Source of the DNA: Psilocybe cubensis
Taxonomy: Eukaryota
Reading direction: 5' to 3'
Length of the DNA: 64,000 nucleotides
Assembly: GCA_017499595.2 (NCBI GenBank)
Contig: CM039003.1
Coordinates: forward strand, 3,100,001 to 3,164,000
Positions 58,324 through 64,000 of this stretch are shown here, piece after piece (the stretch's first letter is position 1; the number at the start of each line of letters is the position of its first letter). The translations under genes and the position numbers were made by a program. The notes under the pieces are model-generated. The model made no database searches and was not told the origin of the DNA. It worked only from the letters and a program-made list of their open reading frames with translations.

Positions 58324-59078
58324 CGAATTAAGCTGGGAATGAGAGTTAACTATTCAATTCTCAGTTATGAAGTATTTAAATGATGAGGCCTTACGATATC
58401 CAGTGTTCTATAATTTCAATACGAGAGACTAATGACTCATACCACGGCTGATTATTAAGTAGAAGCTTTAGTACAGCCTTAGCTGGTTGACGTGAGACTG
58501 TTTTCCGGATAGCTTATCCAAAAAATTAACCTTTGACGTCTTCTTTGTTGCTGACTTTCTTCCCGCTCCATTGTATATTCTATATCTGAAAAACAAGCAA
58601 CATCAACCTTTGAGATCGATAGGTCAACTCTTTATCACAGAAAATACTGATTACGATATATTTACTCTGACGAATCTCAAGGATTCTCGCTACCAGAGGA
58701 TCAAAATTGAATAAAAGTCGAGGTGATTCAGGGTGATTTTAAGCGCCCAATGCAACATTCGTCACTCCATCAATTTCCTGCTATAGAATGATATCATCCA
58801 AACGCCGTTTGTGAAAATTAGGCCCAAATTTGAAATAAAATACCCTGTAAAAAATTAGGACGACTTCACGACTGCGAAGAGAAAAAGCAAACTACAGTCA
58901 GACTCACAGACATCACTGACGCACTCCAAATCTAACTCACTCGACAAATGAAACGACTTTTTCTGTTGATGTTGATTCTTTATGCGGGCTCTGTAGCTGA
59001 GTAAGGACTGGAATAAATTTCCAAGCAGTGACTAAGAACCTCTAATTTGTAGCAAATTTATAGACTAAGCAACGACCA

Positions 59079-59870
59079 TTAAGGGGAATTTTCCCAAGCA
59101 CGGTAGACATCAATTCGGCCTTTCCATCGACCGTCGTTAATCGCCATCAACTGCTTCCACTGAGTACTATTCTCTCCAAACGTAAGCCTGAGGCAAAGGA
59201 ACAAGCTCGCTACCACGATATCTGCCCAAGATGGGACATTACCAAGTAGATACAGACCCTTTCCTCCATTGCGCAAAAACCAGCCATCGACCTGTTGAAG
59301 CCCGAATAGAAGAGTGTTCCATTGCTCAAATGCATCGGATCCTGGTCCATCCAAAAGCCCGCGTCCTAGAGTGGCTAGCATGTAGTCTGCACTTCGGGGG
59401 CTGAGTTTGGTGATGAAAACAGGAAACACGACAGGAATAAGTGTTTTCAGGTTGTAGAAAACCCCGTCGTTGAATGCTGACTGAACTCCCAAGGTTCCAT
59501 CTGGAATGATGCGGGGTGAGTCGGGATATGTCTTATCGAGATATTCGGCGATGAGAATAGAATCTGTAATGTAAGCACCGGTTGAGGGGTCGTGTATCGC
59601 TGGGATAGTATAGAAGGGAGTGCCGTCAGCCTTGTTCTTTGAAGGGGGTATGCCCAATTTCTTGTAGAGGGGCTCGATGTCAGGAAATTCGACCCACTGA
59701 GTCGTGTAGGGAATTCGTTTGAAGTTAAGACTGAGTCTATCATGCGCAAAGTTAAATACAATATTCTGTACAAAATGAGTTTTTACTTGAACACACCTGG
59801 TCTTCCATGCGTTAAAATTCCATGCCCGTCCAGGAAAGGTAGATGGTACGTCGTAGAGAACAATAGTCAT
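59079..59870 (-). CDS. GSTFuA-like glutathione transferase, copy 5
   Basis: MTIVLYDVPSTFPGRAWNFNAWKTR / LSLNFKRIPYTTQWVEFPDIE, TDSILIAEYLDKTYP, INDGRW. Confidence 0.88.
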   Translation of the reverse strand: MTIVLYDVPSTFPGRAWNFNAWKTRCVQVKTHFVQNIVFNFAHDRLSLNFKRIPYTTQWVEFPDIEPLYKKLGIPPSKNKADGTPFYTIPAIHDPSTGAYITDSILIAEYLDKTYPDSPRIIPDGTLGVQSAFNDGVFYNLKTLIPVVFPVFITKLSPRSADYMLATLGRGLLDGPGSDAFEQWNTLLFGLQQVDGWFLRNGGKGLYLLGNVPSWADIVVASLFLCLRLTFGENSTQWKQLMAINDGRWKGRIDVYRAWENSP

Positions 59871-60606
59871 TTAAATTTTAGACGGTAATCGTATGAGTAA
59901 CGTTTAAACTATGTGGTATTTAAAGAGTAACCTGCCTTTACGATATCTGAATTTTCTTTAACAAAATTGACATATCGAAGCTATGACACATTTCGTGAGT
60001 GATTATGAAGGATCATTATAAACCACTGACATGTCACTTGGTTGGTTGGTAATTATAATGGTTTTAGAAAGGGGTTTATTAAGGATGACCAAGTTTCTTT
60101 CATCCCGAGCTTGCTGATTACCAGCTACCAGCGGGATGTGGTGGTTGGAGATGTAGTACCCACTGTCGTCAGAACTTCAGCTTAATAAACAAGTCATCCT
60201 ACAACGAGTCGATATTGGTATTCACGTATTCTAATAACCAGAAATGATCTTATTAATAGAAGCCAAGGTGTCCTACTGCGGGATCTTAGCAGATAAGTCT
60301 CTGGGTGATAAGCGCCCAACCATGGCAGAGTCGTCATCTTGGTGGATCAATTTGTTCATGGCCACATGTACCTTGACGGTATCCTATTCCTTTCATGATA
60401 CGGAAGTGAAGGTCGTTAAAGATGACCATAACTATCAATGCCATGAGTGTAAATTACTGGTTGGGTAAGCAGGACAGACGATGATCTAAAATAGTACAGG
60501 TAGAGTCAGATTCAATGCGACACAGCAGGTGTAAGTCAATAGATTCGTGTTCAGAGAATACAATTTATATGTACAAGTTAGATGTTAATTTTTTGAGCTT
60601 TTAAAT

Positions 60607-61785
60607 CTACACAGGCAAATCTCCCTGAGCGTCCTCGCCAGCCCAGAGGTCTTCTGCCTCCGTCACGGCGACCTCATCGAAAGTTGGGTTAGTGGCTGCT
60701 AGAATATCCTCGACATCATCCCAAATCAAGTCTCCAATTACATCTCCAAGCTCTACGCTGGCTCTGGCACCCACCGGAGATCCATCCTCTACTTCTTCGG
60801 CTACGATTATGGTCTTCCCCTCTAATTCGACGGAGAAGCTGACCTTGATAGTGGTGGCACCTTTTGCTCTGCTTTTTAGACCGCTTAGATTAATTTTGGC
60901 GATTGAGGTGTTGTCCTTGGCCACTGGGGAGGTACCGACGACGATATTGATCGTGGCAGAGGTCTGATTATCCTCGGAAGTGGTGAGAAGGACAGACTTT
61001 TCCTGAGGGAGGGTGGCATTTTGCGCTAAAGCGGTGACAACGTAGCCGTCTGCCTTCACAATGCCGACCCGGAGAGGTACAACGTTGAATACTAGCTTTT
61101 CTGCCATAGAATCGTGATAGCTGGAAAGGGCCTTCTTCGCAGTGTATTTGGCCAGATCGGACGCCGTGATGACCTCGACGCCTTCCAGCTTCGAGGTTAT
61201 TTTATCAGCCAATGGAGAGATGAGAGGAGATACGCCGACGATCACAACGCGTTTTAGCTCGGAGCCGGCGTCGGTGGGAGTCGTTTTAAGGGTTTCCAGG
61301 GCTGGTTCCACAAGTTCTGCCAGCAGATCTGCGTTCTCCGGATTTTCGATGACAATCTCCTTGGCCAGATCTGAAGAACGGATTCCTTCCTCGACCTCGG
61401 TGCTAACCAACCTGGAGATCGCGACATCGGGGGTGATTTCAAGGACTAATTCGTTTCGTAAGGGGGTTGGATCGACCTTGAGCTCGTTTTGCACAATCTG
61501 TATATTTTCCGAGTACCCAATGTATCGAAAGATGCGGACTGTGTGGGCGGCTCTAAGGATAGCCTTGCGCTCGGCGTCTCGAATGTTTGAGGGTAAGGAA
61601 AGGGTGAATTGCTCGCACTTCTCTGGTAGAGCGTTGGCAATGCTCTGGAACGTTGATTTCAGGTCGGAGTCCACGGACGCCTCGAATGTATGTGCATAGT
61701 TGTTGTCATCGCTAGAAAGAAGTTGAACAGCGACCTTGCTTCCGGGAGCGAGGCTATTGAAGGAGATTCCTGCAACATATGGCAT
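60607..61785 (-). CDS. Reduced, divergent Hsp70-like protein (392 aa, intronless)
   Basis: VFNVVPLRVGI, QNATLPQEKS..LTTSEDNQTSATINI and KINLSGLKSRAKGATTIKVSFSVELEG match the Hsp70 linker and substrate-binding beta domain. The N-terminal part keeps only degenerate ATPase-domain elements. Confidence 0.75.
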   Translation of the reverse strand: MPYVAGISFNSLAPGSKVAVQLLSSDDNNYAHTFEASVDSDLKSTFQSIANALPEKCEQFTLSLPSNIRDAERKAILRAAHTVRIFRYIGYSENIQIVQNELKVDPTPLRNELVLEITPDVAISRLVSTEVEEGIRSSDLAKEIVIENPENADLLAELVEPALETLKTTPTDAGSELKRVVIVGVSPLISPLADKITSKLEGVEVITASDLAKYTAKKALSSYHDSMAEKLVFNVVPLRVGIVKADGYVVTALAQNATLPQEKSVLLTTSEDNQTSATINIVVGTSPVAKDNTSIAKINLSGLKSRAKGATTIKVSFSVELEGKTIIVAEEVEDGSPVGARASVELGDVIGDLIWDDVEDILAATNPTFDEVAVTEAEDLWAGEDAQGDLPV

Positions 61786-62504
61786 GTTTGAGCTAGTGTG
61801 GAGGATAGTCGTGTAGAGGGTGATAGATGTAGGAGCGCGAAAGGCACGAAAGATAAATGAAACCAACCTTTCGATGCGTCCTGTTATATGATTGACAATG
61901 CGACATCTGGTTACCAACACAGCATTTTAGATGGACATCTTTGAAAATCAACAAAGCACAGGTGGTGGCAGATGTTGGCAACGCGTCTCCTGTTTGATCG
62001 CATTCAATGCTCCCGATGCAGTTTTTCCAACTTATTCCATACTTGATCGATTTGAATTATTTCATGCTTCGTACTGGAAGAGACTGGAAACCTCTCCAAC
62101 AGTGGGAAAATGGGAAAAGGATTCAACAAACAATTGGACTCACTAAACGAGAAGCAAACGTTGTCGCCAAGATATGCGTCGAAATCGATAGCGCAATATC
62201 ATCGATCAATCAATTGATCGGAGCGTGGATGATTGCGCGCATCAACGGAACGAAGATCCAAAACGGCGAGAACTTTTGAAACTTTAGAGAATTTTCCAGT
62301 AGGACGAAGAATGTATCAAAATGATATTTTAAGCCGGAAAGATACAATATGAAGGAGTTTGAAGCAATATAGATTCTGAAAGGGAAGTCTATGGAAGGCT
62401 TGGAAGCCAAACGGCAACTGTGCCGAATAAAGTTATAGCGGAGCGTGAAAGTAACTTGATGTCCAGGCTAGACGACTGCCACATTTTCAGTAATTAATAA
62501 CTAA

Positions 62505-63188
62505 CACGTCGGGATTTTCCGAATGTAAAACTAACTTGTACGGAAGACTCGTATCTTGCACAGATAGTCCAAGTAGAACTCCAAGTAGAAATTTCTCTTA
62601 CATTTTGAATAAAAGATGAACTTTAAAGTTGTCTTATACATTAAGTACCAGATCAAGGTGTCAGAATGAACTCCAGTTTGAGTGTAAATCAAACTGTAAG
62701 AAATGCTCGTATGTTAACTGGAAGAAAAAATACGAGAAGTTTTTCCAGTTAAACTGGAAGACACGCTGCAAAATTATTAGTCAGATGATGTAGCGTAATT
62801 ACCTACCCGATTTAGCTGGAAATCAGTCTTATATTTTGATTTTGGCCCTGATATTAACATATAAGATTAATTTCCAGCTAACCCGGGTAGATAATTACGT
62901 TACATTACCTGACTAATAACCTTGCAGCGTGTCTTCCAGTTTAACTGGAAAAACTTCTCGTATTTTTTCTTCCAGTTAACATACGAGCATTTCTTACAGT
63001 TTGATTTACACTCAAACTGGAGTTCATTCTGACACCTTGATCTGGTACTTAATGTATAAGACAACTTTAAAGTTCATCTTTTATTCAAAATGTAAGAGAA
63101 ATTTCTACTTGGAGTTCTACTTGGACTATCTGTGCAAGATACGAGTCTTCCGTACAAGTTAGTTTTACATTCGGAAAATCCCGACGTG
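62505..63188. mobile_element. Foldback/MITE-like element, 684 bp, almost entirely inverted repeat
   Basis: 62505-62771 is the exact reverse complement of 62922-63188, and imperfect pairing continues to about 62834/62859. Ends are CACGTCGG..CCGACGTG with TAA on both flanks (3-bp TSD). Confidence 0.88.
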
Positions 63189-63879
63189 TAAAGCAGGTAA
63201 TCATGTAACATAAAGGACTTCATAAACTGTAGTTTTATCCAACCAAAGAGTGTAAATCAAAGCTTTTAATCCTGATACACCAAGTCGTCGGAGTTTAGAT
63301 ACAGATCTTTCCCGATAATGCCGACGGGCGCTAAGCGAGCCATTGGGTAGTAAAGTATACCAAGTTTTCCACAGAGATGGCAGGTATGCTGAGTACCCAC
63401 TAAAACAGTATTTATTCACAATCATTCAGGAAATAGAGCTGAATGATTGTCATTAATGTCAGCAAAAAAACCGCCATTCAGGCTATGTTCGTACGACTGA
63501 TGACTCACTAAGTCGATTTTCGACCTGAAAAATACCAAAACAGGTAATATATGACAGTATTTCAGGCTGTATTTGAAGACACGGTCACCTTTGGGTAAAG
63601 GAAGAAGGGAAGGAGGGTGCTATTTTGAAATAATTTGAGTTGTTCATCGTGAAAAATGGGTTTTGCGTAGGCTGATTTACCCATGTGGGATGTCGTGCCC
63701 ACATAGATCTCATCAACAGTAAATTGTCAAATACAACCATCAATGAATCCGATTCTTAATGCATGACAAAGTTTCATGAGAATCCAAATGATTTATGTAC
63801 GAATCTCGAGGGTATATATGTAGCATGAATTCTGGCTGATGTTCAACACGAAAGCTGAGAAACAACAACTTCTATTGAC

Positions 63880-64000
63880 ATGACTATCATCCTTTACGAT
63901 ATCCCTTCTACATTGCCAGGGAAAATTTGGAATCCAACTGTTTTGAAGACAAGGCAAGTCTTTCAAATGTCAGAGTTTTGTTCAGCACTGTCTATTTACT
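63880..64000 (+). CDS. GSTFuA-like glutathione transferase, copy 6 (first exon only, truncated by the window)
   Basis: MTIILYDIPSTLPGKIWNPTVLKTR followed by a donor site at the conserved intron position. Confidence 0.75.
   Translation, partial: MTIILYDIPSTLPGKIWNPTVLKTRQVFQMSEFCSALSIY

Noticed and set aside
61931-62450. Short ORFs upstream of the Hsp70-like gene, and others at 22257-23504 and 54600-56000
   Set aside because: They have no recognisable motifs or consistent exon structure, so I cannot support a gene or pseudogene call.
1-64000. tRNA, rRNA, CRISPR arrays and the many antisense ORFs in the track
   Set aside because: I saw no cloverleaf, rRNA or repeat-spacer pattern, although small ncRNAs could be missed by eye. 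The antisense ORFs shadow real genes.

Overview
Eukaryotic, intron-rich fungal DNA. The gene content (GSTFuA-type GSTs, Ngaro element, ~50-nt introns) suggests an agaricomycete (mushroom-forming basidiomycete); this is inference. Conserved genes are a GH127-like glycosidase, Kha1-type antiporter, Sho1, Pex24/28/29-type peroxin, HAD phosphatase and APC2. Between them lie locally expanded families: four paralogs of an unusual 4-helix-bundle (MLKL/Cbl-N-like) + EF-hand-like + receiver-like protein, three copies of a ~1.7 kb unit carrying an orphan gene, two tandem F-box-like genes and six GSTFuA-like glutathione transferases. Mobile DNA comprises an intact tyrosine-recombinase retrotransposon (Ngaro-type, split direct repeats A1..B1A2..B2, with an extra ORF between A2 and B2), a CACTG-ended non-autonomous DNA element with a 3-bp TSD, and a 684-bp foldback element with perfect 267-bp arms. 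There is also an intronless, strongly reduced Hsp70-like gene. The best candidate for an undescribed system is the 4HB-EF-REC family. Domain calls come from motif recognition by eye and exon boundaries are approximate.
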